Positions 20,088 to 28,458 of a stretch of 56,149 nt of DNA are shown here, one piece after another; the stretch's first letter is position 1; each line of letters starts with the position of its first letter. The notes beneath the pieces are model-generated. The model worked only from the letters and a program-made list of their open reading frames with translations, did no database searches and had not been told where the DNA came from. The DNA comes from Minisyncoccia bacterium (GTDB taxonomy: Bacteria; Patescibacteriota; Minisyncoccia; UBA6257; 2-01-FULL-56-20), in NCBI GenBank assembly GCA_050008535.1, contig JBEKML010000002.1, positions 90,732 through 146,880 on the forward strand, in the 5' to 3' direction. The translations under genes were made by a program, and so were the position numbers.

Positions 20088-20804
20088 ATGTCTGTACTTG
20101 GTAGGGCGGTCGAAGCGCTTACCCTTGGCCTCGTTCACGAAGTGAGCGATACCGAGGAACGGCCTCCGATCGTCGCCGAAGAAGGTGCCCATGCCGGAGT
20201 TGCGCAAGCCGCTCTGACAAGTCCGCGGCCCATTGCAGCCGCAAGTGCAGCGCCAGTGGCCGCGGGTGAAATTGCAGCCGCGGTGGCAAAGCGCGCAAGC
20301 AAAGATCTGGAAGCAGTACTCGCCGCCACGCCCGAGAGGTTTCAGCAGTTTCTGGTCAAGAAGAACGAACTCGCTGAAGTGCTTCGGGAGGGCGGCGCGG
20401 ATCCGGCCAAGATCGAGAGCGTTGCTACCACGAAGGCGATCAAGGCATTGAAGCTGACCATCGCCGACGTGACTGATGCGGCAGGTGCCGCAAAGCAGGC
20501 GCTTGAGGGAATCAGGGCGGAGTTCGCGGCTACCGTCCAGGGGACGGAACAGGAACGGGTCACGCAACCAACCGCGGGAATCGCGGAGACGGAGGCGAGG
20601 ATCGGAAGCATTCGCGAAACTATCGCGGGGCTACAAGAACAGATCACCCAACTGCAGTCCGGCATTGCGCCGGCACGCGCAGCGATTGCGACCGCGCAAG
20701 CGAACCTCGAAAAGGGCAAGGCCATTTTTGAGGGTTCCTGCGGTCGCGTTCAGGCAAGCCTACAAGCCATGGAAACCGCGATTCTCGCGGCCATGCAGAG
20801 ATGA
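20088..20804 (+). CDS. Ala-rich coiled-coil hypothetical protein
   Basis: Purine-rich SD; heptad-like C-terminal half; ATGA overlap with the next gene. Confidence 0.8.
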   Translation: MSVLGRAVEALTLGLVHEVSDTEERPPIVAEEGAHAGVAQAALTSPRPIAAASAAPVAAGEIAAAVAKRASKDLEAVLAATPERFQQFLVKKNELAEVLREGGADPAKIESVATTKAIKALKLTIADVTDAAGAAKQALEGIRAEFAATVQGTEQERVTQPTAGIAETEARIGSIRETIAGLQEQITQLQSGIAPARAAIATAQANLEKGKAIFEGSCGRVQASLQAMETAILAAMQR

Positions 20805-22069
20805 AGGGAGACCTCACAATGGGAAGCGGATTGATGCCGGGCGGCGGCGAACAGCAGCCGCTCGTGACACACACTACCACACCGAGGCCCACCGGGTCCC
20901 TTCTGGACCGGGTGGCCGACGAAACGAATCGCCGGTTGGAGTATTTGAAGGGACACGAGGCCTCGGTGGGCCACCTCTTCAAGCTGCTCCTTTTCGGCGG
21001 CGGCGGGCTCTGGTTCATGTTCAACTGGCAGCTCGTGCGCGACTTCGTGAGCGGGATCGTGGATATCCAGACCAAAGCCATATACGGGGGCATCCTCGCC
21101 TTCGTCATGTGGATCATGTGGTCGGTCTTCTCGAGCAAGAAGTTCCAGTACACCGTCGCGATGATGGTGGACCGAACAATCGAGAGGTTCCACCGCATGG
21201 TCGTTGCCCGCGATCCGGAAGGATCGGCGCGCTTCGCCATCAGGCGACTGCGCAAGCGGCTCCGTGAGGGAGAAGAAGCGAAAGCGAAGGTGGGCGGCGC
21301 CTACGAAGCCATCCACAGCGAGGCCGAAAGGGCACATGAGGCGGCAGTCGATGCGATCGCCCGGGCGAAAGGCCTTTATCAGGAACAACTGAATCGGAAG
21401 CAGGGCCGCGGCAATCCGCGAATCAGGCTGAACGATCAACAGTTGGATATGGCGCTTTCAAAGGCAAAGGCCGACGGGCGGCGCGAGTATGCGTTCTGGC
21501 AAGAAGAGACCGCCAACGCCCGGACCCTCGAGGCACGATACCAAGCGATCCAAGAAGTTCTGGATTCGGCGAACATGGAGCTCGGGAACATGGAAGCGGA
21601 TCTCGAGAAAGCCGTTGCGCGCTGGAACCTGAGTCTTCAGCAAATGCAGGCATTGGAGGCGTCCGACGACCTGGTCAGTTCCCAGGAGCGGAGCGTCTTC
21701 GACCAGTCCATGCAGATCATTGCGCGGCAGGCCGACACGTTTACCGGCAGAACGCGGATGATCCTTGAACGGCTGGACCCGACGGTGCAGACCTATCGTG
21801 CAAGTCAGGCGGGAGCAACGATCGCAGATGAGGAATTCTTCGCGGCCGTTGCGGACGATCCTGCTTTCGGCTTGAAGCCAGCGACGCAACTGAAGCTGGT
21901 CGCGGCTCCCGAGAGGCCGGTCATCGACGACATGGAACAGTTCCTCGGCGCGACTGCGCCGCAGGGGCCCATTCCCATCCGGACCATTACCCGACCTGCT
22001 GCCAGCGGCGGGGCTCCCAAGCCCGGCAGCAGCAGCAGCGGCGATTTCAAAGATCTCTTGGGGGGTTGA
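20801..22069 (+). CDS. 2-TM membrane protein with a long helical/coiled-coil domain (possibly PspA/IM30-like)
   Basis: Two hydrophobic segments near the N-terminus, then ~250 aa of charged helical sequence and a P/G/S-rich tail; PspA likeness is inference. Confidence 0.75.
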   Translation: MKGDLTMGSGLMPGGGEQQPLVTHTTTPRPTGSLLDRVADETNRRLEYLKGHEASVGHLFKLLLFGGGGLWFMFNWQLVRDFVSGIVDIQTKAIYGGILAFVMWIMWSVFSSKKFQYTVAMMVDRTIERFHRMVVARDPEGSARFAIRRLRKRLREGEEAKAKVGGAYEAIHSEAERAHEAAVDAIARAKGLYQEQLNRKQGRGNPRIRLNDQQLDMALSKAKADGRREYAFWQEETANARTLEARYQAIQEVLDSANMELGNMEADLEKAVARWNLSLQQMQALEASDDLVSSQERSVFDQSMQIIARQADTFTGRTRMILERLDPTVQTYRASQAGATIADEEFFAAVADDPAFGLKPATQLKLVAAPERPVIDDMEQFLGATAPQGPIPIRTITRPAASGGAPKPGSSSSGDFKDLLGG

Positions 22070-22129
22070 CGCTAACGAGTCTGCCTTCCTAAACAGAAAC
22101 CGACAAACCGAGAAGAGAGAGGAAATCCT

Positions 22130-23992
22130 ATGAGTTTCGAGATCCAGAGGTCCAAGGGTGGGTTCAGGAAACGGCTCATCCCGTTGCTTTTCATCGTGGC
22201 CGTCGTGGTCGCGATTCTGTACCTCCCTGCGAAGAAAATCCTTCCGTCACTCGTGCCCTCCGGCGTAAAGACCGTGGACGTGGATGTCGCGACGAACGCG
22301 GCGAAGAACGTGAAGGTGGAACTCCCCAAAGGGCGCCCCGTGGCGCTCAGCGACGAGAAGGTGGTTCGTCTGCTTGTCATGCAATGGGGCGCGCAGAGCT
22401 CGCTGTTCCTCGCGAACGGCGGGCCGGTGACGACGATCGATTCCAAGGTCGCCAAGCGCGGCGCTCAGCTGCGCATCGTCAACGAAAACGATACCGACCA
22501 GATGAAGGATCAGCTCATCGCCGGGGTCACGGAGTGGGCCAGGAACGGCGGCTCCGGGAATCCGACGAACGGCGCTCACGGCGTCATCTTCATGGGCGAC
22601 GGCATCCCCGGCTATCTGCCGGGTTGGAACGAAGCGCTCCGGAAGGTGTGCCGCGCGTACAAGCTCCCCGAGGAGCAGTGCGAAGTGCGCGTTATCGGCG
22701 CGGTCGGTTCTTCATACGGCGAGGACAAGCACATGGTCCCTGTCGAATGGAAGAACGACCCACGGCAGGCACTCGCGAGCGTCTCGGGTAGATACGAGCT
22801 GACCGCTGCGTATTTCTGGGACGGGGATCACGTCCTCGGCCTCGACTGGGCGGCTGCCAATGGGCTCCCGGTCAACCCGAGCGACAAGACTTTCGACCCC
22901 GATGCCGTCAACTTCATGAACCCGAAGGATTATCTCGATGCCGTCGACAAGTATCTCGCCGGCTATTGCGAGACGCGGGAATTGGTTTCGCACGGCAAAG
23001 CGTCGGGCAGAAAGGTGCAGGCGTGCGTCGCAGCGGTGGACACATGGACACCGGGCGATTGGAACGTCGCGCACTCGGCGAAAGACACCCTGGTGACGGC
23101 GCTCTCTACCAGAGAGAATCGCAACCAGATGGCTTCGACGCTCGTCGTTCCGAACGGTTGGGCCAGGCAGCACGCGGAAAGCATCGCTGCGATCCTGGCG
23201 GCCAATTCGGAAGCCGCCGATATGATCAAAGTGAGTGACCTCGCGCTCCACCGAGCCGCGGTCATCGCGACCCAGATCTACGGCGGCAAAGCGAATCTTA
23301 CGGCGGACGAGTGGGCGGCCCTCTTCAAGGGCGTTCCTCACCGCACGAAGAACGGCTACCAGATTACGCTCGGCGGAAGCAGGGTGTGGAATCTGGCCGA
23401 CAACCTGGATTACTACGGCTTGAGCGGCGAGACCAACATCTACGACGCGGTGTATACGAACATCGGCCAGATGATCTCGAAGCTCGCGCCGAACGTGATT
23501 CCGAAGCTGCGGCCGCTTTCCGAGGTATTCGACCCATCCTACCTTCTCCATGCGAAGGCCATGCTGGGGGAGGGCGGACTGGGCGTCGCGGAAGTTCCGC
23601 ATTATACGGGAGGAGCGATCTCGGACGTCGTCGCTTCTCGGCCGTACACGATCAACTTCGACCCAGGGTCCGACCGGATCCAGGCGGGTTCGATGGAGAC
23701 CATCCATGAGTTGTACCAGCAAGTTGCGAAGAGCGACCTGAAGGTAAGCATTGTGGGGCACACCGATAACACGGGCGGCCCCAACTTCAACAACCAGGCG
23801 CTTTCCGAGCGGAGGGCTGCCGCCGTAAAGACGGCGATCATCGCCGCTTCGCACGGCAGCAAGTTCCTGCCGGAGACCCGGTTCTCCACCGAGGGACGCG
23901 GGGCAAGCGAGCCCGTGAATCCCGAAGCGAATCAGAACTCGGCCACCGAACGCGCGCTCAACCGGCGCGTCGTGATCACCCTCGGCCGGTGA
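22130..23992 (+). CDS. membrane-anchored solute-binding-type protein fused to a C-terminal OmpA-like peptidoglycan-binding domain
   Basis: N-terminal TM; IVGHTDNTG..NQALSERRA.AV..GRG...P...NRRV OmpA motifs; SBP call for the central domain rests on its alpha/beta pattern and the ABC context. Confidence 0.82.
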   Translation: MSFEIQRSKGGFRKRLIPLLFIVAVVVAILYLPAKKILPSLVPSGVKTVDVDVATNAAKNVKVELPKGRPVALSDEKVVRLLVMQWGAQSSLFLANGGPVTTIDSKVAKRGAQLRIVNENDTDQMKDQLIAGVTEWARNGGSGNPTNGAHGVIFMGDGIPGYLPGWNEALRKVCRAYKLPEEQCEVRVIGAVGSSYGEDKHMVPVEWKNDPRQALASVSGRYELTAAYFWDGDHVLGLDWAAANGLPVNPSDKTFDPDAVNFMNPKDYLDAVDKYLAGYCETRELVSHGKASGRKVQACVAAVDTWTPGDWNVAHSAKDTLVTALSTRENRNQMASTLVVPNGWARQHAESIAAILAANSEAADMIKVSDLALHRAAVIATQIYGGKANLTADEWAALFKGVPHRTKNGYQITLGGSRVWNLADNLDYYGLSGETNIYDAVYTNIGQMISKLAPNVIPKLRPLSEVFDPSYLLHAKAMLGEGGLGVAEVPHYTGGAISDVVASRPYTINFDPGSDRIQAGSMETIHELYQQVAKSDLKVSIVGHTDNTGGPNFNNQALSERRAAAVKTAIIAASHGSKFLPETRFSTEGRGASEPVNPEANQNSATERALNRRVVITLGR

Positions 23993-24072
23993 GTTTCTCT
24001 GTTAGCTGGTTCAGTAGGGCAGTATTTAGCTCTTTGACCAGTTACGCGGCAGCACAGTACGTGCTCCGCACT

Positions 24073-24114
24073 GCCCGACCACCAACGGTCTCCGTTGGTC
24101 GGTCGGGCGCTTTT
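24073..24114 (+). terminator. intercistronic hairpin / possible partial terminator
   Basis: GCCCGACCACCAACGG-tct-CCGTTGGT(c)GGTCGGGC followed by gcTTTT. Confidence 0.55.
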
Positions 24115-24213
24115 CTGAGTTCCGTTCTTTTTGTTTGAGAAAGGAACTCAGAAGAGTAGTTCTGCAGTTTTTTTGTCAATTCAATATTCGGATACAGAAG
24201 GAGAAGAAGTCCT

Positions 24214-25068
24214 ATGCCTGGAGAAACCGCGACCGCGCAAGCGGAATCGCAACCAAACGGACGGGTTACGCGGAAGAAGAGCTCCGCTGTCCTGGCGTTC
24301 ACCCCCAACGCGGCAATGCCTTCACAGGCAATGATCGCAATGACGTGGATCCAGATCGCAGCGGCAGTATCTTTCTGGTTCCTGTCACCAAGCGCGATTC
24401 TGCCGGGTCCGGTGGAACTCGCGAAGGCGCTCCAAAAACTCTGGTTCGAGGACGCGCTCGGCCGGGAGATCCTGACGTCGCTCATCCTCAACGTTGAGGC
24501 AATGGCGATCGCGGCAGTGATCTCTCTCTTGCTCGCGTATTCAAGCACGATGCCGTTCTTTAGGCCACTCGTGCGCTTCATCGCCAATTTCCGATTCTTG
24601 GGCTTGGCCGGCCTCTCGCTCATCTTCACGGTGTACACGAGCGGCAGCCACTCGCTCAAGGTCAGCATCCTGGTGTTCTCGGTGAGCGTGTACTACCTCA
24701 CATCGCTCGTGCGGATCATCATGGCGATCCCTGAATCGGAGAAGGATTATTTCCGCACGCTCGGCATGAGCGAATGGCAGGTGGTCTACGCCACCGTCAT
24801 CCGCGGACGTGCCGCAGAGATGTGGGAAGCCTTGCGGCAGAACTCGGCTATGGCATGGATGATGCTGACGACCGTTGAAGGGCTTTCAAAGTCCGAAGGC
24901 GGCGTCGGAGTTCTCATGCTCCTTAGCCAGCGGCTGCGGCGGCTCGACGAAGTTTATGCCGTGCAGCTCACGCTGTGGTGCCTGGGCCTTACGCAGGATT
25001 ATCTCTTTGCGCGTGGCCGGCTGGCGCTCTTCCCGTGGGCCGACAAGCGCACGAGAGGAGGCAAGTGA
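24214..25068 (+). CDS. ABC transporter permease (TauC/SsuC-like)
   Basis: ILPGP early motif, about 6 TM, EAA-like SEKDYFRTLGMS, E..S..GGVG; SD AAGGAG. Confidence 0.85.
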   Translation: MPGETATAQAESQPNGRVTRKKSSAVLAFTPNAAMPSQAMIAMTWIQIAAAVSFWFLSPSAILPGPVELAKALQKLWFEDALGREILTSLILNVEAMAIAAVISLLLAYSSTMPFFRPLVRFIANFRFLGLAGLSLIFTVYTSGSHSLKVSILVFSVSVYYLTSLVRIIMAIPESEKDYFRTLGMSEWQVVYATVIRGRAAEMWEALRQNSAMAWMMLTTVEGLSKSEGGVGVLMLLSQRLRRLDEVYAVQLTLWCLGLTQDYLFARGRLALFPWADKRTRGGK

Positions 25069-25898
25069 TGGAATACACAGTCACCAGCAAAAAGCTGTTG
25101 TCCGTCCAGAACCTGAGCCTTATCCTGGGCGACAGGGTGATCCTCCGCGCCGTGGATACGGAGATCTTTGAAACCACCCAGCCCGGCGGCCCTGTCCATG
25201 GGCAGGTTGTTGCGTTTCTCGCTCCGTCAGGCATGGGCAAAACCCAGCTCTTCCGTTGCATCGCTGGCCTCCAGGAACCGACGAGCGGCGCGGTGTACGT
25301 GAACGAGGATAAGGATCCCGTTCGGGCGGGCGAGGTCGGCGTTCTGGCCCAGGACTATCCGCTGGACGAAACGCGGACGGTGCTTGGGAACTTGGAGCTC
25401 GCCGCGCGGCTTGCGGGCCGCAAGGGCAGTGACGCCACGAATGCGGCCAAGGAAAAACTGGCTCGGTTCGGTCTCTGGGACGTGCGCAAGCACTATCCCT
25501 GCCAGTTGTCCGGCGGCCAGCGCCAGCGAGTGGCCTATCTCCAGCAGATCCTGTGTTCCAAGCATTTTCTGCTGATGGATGAGCCGTTCTCAGGGCTGGA
25601 CGTACTCGTAAAGGACCAGGTTGCGCAACAGATCCTTGAGTACGCGGCGCAAGACGTGGTGAACACCATCATCATCACGTCGCACGACATCCGCACGGCT
25701 TGTGCCGTCGCGGACCTCGTGTGGCTCCTCGGCCGCGATCACGGCGAGGACGGAAAGCCCATCCCGGGAGCAAGGATCCAGAAGGCCTACAACCTGAAGG
25801 ATCTGGACCTGTGCTGGCATCCGGGAATCACTTCGACCCCTCGCTTCTTCGAGTTCGTAACGATGATCGAGCGGGAGGACTTTCCGAAGCTTTCGTAG
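25068..25898 (+). CDS. ABC transporter ATP-binding protein (TauB/SsuB-like)
   Basis: APSGMGKT, LSGGQRQR, LLMDEPFSGLD, TSHD; TGATG overlap with the permease; SD AGGAGG. Confidence 0.92.
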   Translation: MEYTVTSKKLLSVQNLSLILGDRVILRAVDTEIFETTQPGGPVHGQVVAFLAPSGMGKTQLFRCIAGLQEPTSGAVYVNEDKDPVRAGEVGVLAQDYPLDETRTVLGNLELAARLAGRKGSDATNAAKEKLARFGLWDVRKHYPCQLSGGQRQRVAYLQQILCSKHFLLMDEPFSGLDVLVKDQVAQQILEYAAQDVVNTIIITSHDIRTACAVADLVWLLGRDHGEDGKPIPGARIQKAYNLKDLDLCWHPGITSTPRFFEFVTMIEREDFPKLS

Positions 25899-25922
25899 AT
25901 CGGTATTCAGTATCAAGATTAA

Positions 25923-25955
25923 GGGCGTTGCCACACCGGTGGCAACGCCCGCTTT
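25923..25955 (+). terminator. operon terminator
   Basis: GGGCGTTGCCAC-accg-GTGGCAACGCCC perfect 12-bp stem, T-rich tail. Confidence 0.7.
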
Positions 25956-25973
25956 ATTATCTATAAAATAGAA

Positions 25974-25998
25974 TGCAGCCCGAGGGGATCGGGCTGCA
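25974..25998 (-). terminator. terminator for the small minus-strand gene
   Basis: TGCAGCCCGA-gggga-TCGGGCTGCA; T-rich downstream on the minus strand. Confidence 0.55.
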
Positions 25999-26018
25999 GG
26001 GGGGGCTACTTGCTCCAA

Positions 26019-26165
26019 CTAGGCGAGTCTCGCTCGCCGCCGGATCATCAGTGCAAGCATGACGAACAGGACGAGCGATATCGGCCATGGCAGCTTGCAC
26101 AGCAGGCTGACCACAAAGGCCAGGGACGCCCAAACAATGTTCTTGGTGAAGTATCTTGCGAACAT
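26019..26165 (-). CDS. 48-aa small membrane protein (not in the ORF track)
   Basis: MFARYFTKNIVWASLAFVVSLLCKLPWPISLVLFVMLALMIRRRARLA; GGAGG SD; own promoter and terminator. Confidence 0.65.
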   Translation of the reverse strand: MFARYFTKNIVWASLAFVVSLLCKLPWPISLVLFVMLALMIRRRARLA

Positions 26166-26186
26166 ACGCGCCTCCACGCTGTTTTA

Positions 26187-26215
26187 ATAATACCCTATAA
26201 TTATTAACTTGTCAA
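26187..26215 (-). promoter_or_regulatory. sigma70 promoter of the 48-aa gene
   Basis: TTGACA-N17-TATTAT on the minus strand. Confidence 0.7.
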
Positions 26216-26254
26216 TTTGAGGGTTGCGAAAAAGGGACATAGAATAGGGAAGTC

Positions 26255-27271
26255 ATGAAATTAGAAGTCGGCATCGTAGGGCTTCCGAACGTGGGGAAGT
26301 CCACCCTTTTTAAAGCGCTTACCAAGCAGGAGATTACGATCGCGAACTACCCGTTCGCGACAATCGATCCGAACGTGGGCATTGTTTCGGTCCCCGACGA
26401 GCGGCTGGAGAAATTGAACGCGCTTTCAAAATCAAAAAAGAAAATTCCTGCGGTCGTAGAGTTTTATGATATTGCGGGATTGGTGAAAGGCGCCTACAAG
26501 GGCGAGGGACTCGGCAATCAATTCCTTGCGCACATTCGTGAGACGCAGGCGATCGTCGTCGTCCTGCGCGTGTTTGAAAATCCGGAGATCATCCATGTTG
26601 AAAATTCCGTAGATCCGCTGCGCGACTTGGAGATTATCAATAGCGAACTCATTTTCAAGGATCTAGAATCGGTGGAAAAGCGCCTCGCGAAAGCCGAAGC
26701 CGAGGTACGGAGCGGCAGAAAGGAGGCGGTACAAGACAAAGAACTGCTTGCGCGGCTTAAAAAATATTTGGAGGACGGCACGTTGCCAATCGGCGATACG
26801 GCACTCGTGCACGATCTCTATGCGAACAGCCATATGAACGACCTCAATCTTTTAACGCTCAAGCGACAGATATATCTTTTGAACGGAACCGAAGCTGAAG
26901 TGCCGCCGCCGCTCGTTCTAAAAATAAAATCGCTCGGCGCCGATTATCTCGTGAGCGACCTTGCGAAAGCGGAAGCCGTACCCGACCTTATCAAGAAAGC
27001 GTACGAAGTGCTTGATCTTGCAAGTTTCTTTACGACCGGCGAGGACGAGACGCGTGCCTGGACGATCACGCGGGGGACGAAGGCGCCGCAGGCGGCGGGC
27101 GTCATCCACACCGACTTCGAAGAGAAATTTATCCGGTTGGAAGTGGTGGGCTATGAAAAATTAATGGAAGCCGGCGGCTGGAATCAGGCCAAGCAAAAAG
27201 GATGGATACGGATCGAGGGAAAAGAATACGAAGTGAAGGACGGCGACGTGCTTGTGGTGCGGCACGGGTGA
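26255..27271 (+). CDS. ychF: redox-regulated ATPase YchF
   Basis: GIVGLPNVGKSTLF, ANYPFATIDPN, DIAGLVKGA, AAGVIHTDF, EGKEYEVKDGD. Confidence 0.97.
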   Translation: MKLEVGIVGLPNVGKSTLFKALTKQEITIANYPFATIDPNVGIVSVPDERLEKLNALSKSKKKIPAVVEFYDIAGLVKGAYKGEGLGNQFLAHIRETQAIVVVLRVFENPEIIHVENSVDPLRDLEIINSELIFKDLESVEKRLAKAEAEVRSGRKEAVQDKELLARLKKYLEDGTLPIGDTALVHDLYANSHMNDLNLLTLKRQIYLLNGTEAEVPPPLVLKIKSLGADYLVSDLAKAEAVPDLIKKAYEVLDLASFFTTGEDETRAWTITRGTKAPQAAGVIHTDFEEKFIRLEVVGYEKLMEAGGWNQAKQKGWIRIEGKEYEVKDGDVLVVRHG

Positions 27272-27366
27272 TCCCGCCAACCCCTTTACAAATCCATTCT
27301 TTTGTATTAATATTTAGCTGGCATCTTGGGATGCGGTTATTCCCCGGACCGAAAGGAGTGCTTGAG

Positions 27367-27831
27367 ATGAGTAACGAAGAGAAGAGGAGCTTCCGTGACG
27401 GAGCAGCATTCGCTGCTTTTATAGGTCTGATGTACTTTGACCTTGACATGAACACCAGGACGGGAACCCTGCCCACCGGCGACCTGCTGGAACACCTTCG
27501 ACTGCTCAGATGTGCGCTCAGCGGGGTTGGGGATCGTATGCGCAGGCCCCTGGTTTTTGGGACGACGATCGCTGGTTTTCTCGCAGGGGCGCCTTCCGAA
27601 GCTGAGAAGCGCTTGATCCTGTGGCTGAGAGGGTGCGGAAGCCTTTCGCCGTCCGATTCCGTGACGTGTCTTGCGCCCGTTCTTTCTTCGGTCGAAGACC
27701 TCGTCAGCAGGACGATTGACGGCCGAGCGACCCCGGAAGAGAAGAGCAGATTGCTCGTTCAACTGAGATGGCTGATCGAAACATTACTGCGGCAGGCCGC
27801 CAACTCGCTGTTTCGTGCTGTGGCGGCGTAA
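27367..27831 (+). CDS. hypothetical protein
   Basis: AAGGAG SD before ATG; fills the gap between ychF and the convergent recR. Confidence 0.55.
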   Translation: MSNEEKRSFRDGAAFAAFIGLMYFDLDMNTRTGTLPTGDLLEHLRLLRCALSGVGDRMRRPLVFGTTIAGFLAGAPSEAEKRLILWLRGCGSLSPSDSVTCLAPVLSSVEDLVSRTIDGRATPEEKSRLLVQLRWLIETLLRQAANSLFRAVAA

Positions 27832-27834
27832 TCG

Positions 27835-28428
27835 CTACGATCGCCTCTCCAGTGCGGACGAAAGCGTTTCGTCGTCTGCGAACTCAATTTCACCGCCGGT
27901 TGGGAGCCCTCGTCCCAACCGGCTTAGCCTTTTGGTAAGTGGCGCAAGTTCTTTCGTGAGGAGCGATGCTTGGAGGTCGCCGAGCGAAGTGGGATTGAAG
28001 GCGAGGATGATCTCCTCGGCTTTTTTTTCGCCCAGTTCTTTTTTCAAGCTTTGCAGCCGCAGTTTTTGCCAGTCCTCAAGGAATCCAGTCTTTGGGATCT
28101 CGCCGATCACAAAATAGCGCCCGGCGAATTTGCCGGTGTTCTCCAGCGAAATAAGATCGGTTTCTTTTTCAATGATCATGATGATGTTCTGCGCGCGGTG
28201 GGGATTTTTGCAGATGTCGCAGAGGGAACCCTCGTTCTGGTGGATGAAAAAGCATCGCTCGCAGATCTTTATGTCGGCGAGACCGGCAATGCCCATGGCG
28301 AGCCCGCGGATGTTTTGCTTCCCTTCGCCGATTAAATAGAACGCGAGCCGGATCGCCTGGCGCGGCCCGATGGAAGGCAGTTCGGAAAGTTCGTCAACGA
28401 CTTTTTGGATCGGCGCGGGAAGCTTCAT
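27835..28428 (-). CDS. recR: recombination mediator RecR
   Basis: LPSIGPRQA.RLA, C4 zinc finger, Toprim region, GLPTGGEIEFADDETL. Confidence 0.96.
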   Translation of the reverse strand: MKLPAPIQKVVDELSELPSIGPRQAIRLAFYLIGEGKQNIRGLAMGIAGLADIKICERCFFIHQNEGSLCDICKNPHRAQNIIMIIEKETDLISLENTGKFAGRYFVIGEIPKTGFLEDWQKLRLQSLKKELGEKKAEEIILAFNPTSLGDLQASLLTKELAPLTKRLSRLGRGLPTGGEIEFADDETLSSALERRS

Positions 28429-28458
28429 GCAGACATTTTACCACGACCATGCCGTATT

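Noticed and set aside
26010-26207. Plus-strand 65-aa ORF
   Set aside because: The opposite-strand 48-aa ORF has the promoter, SD and terminator support
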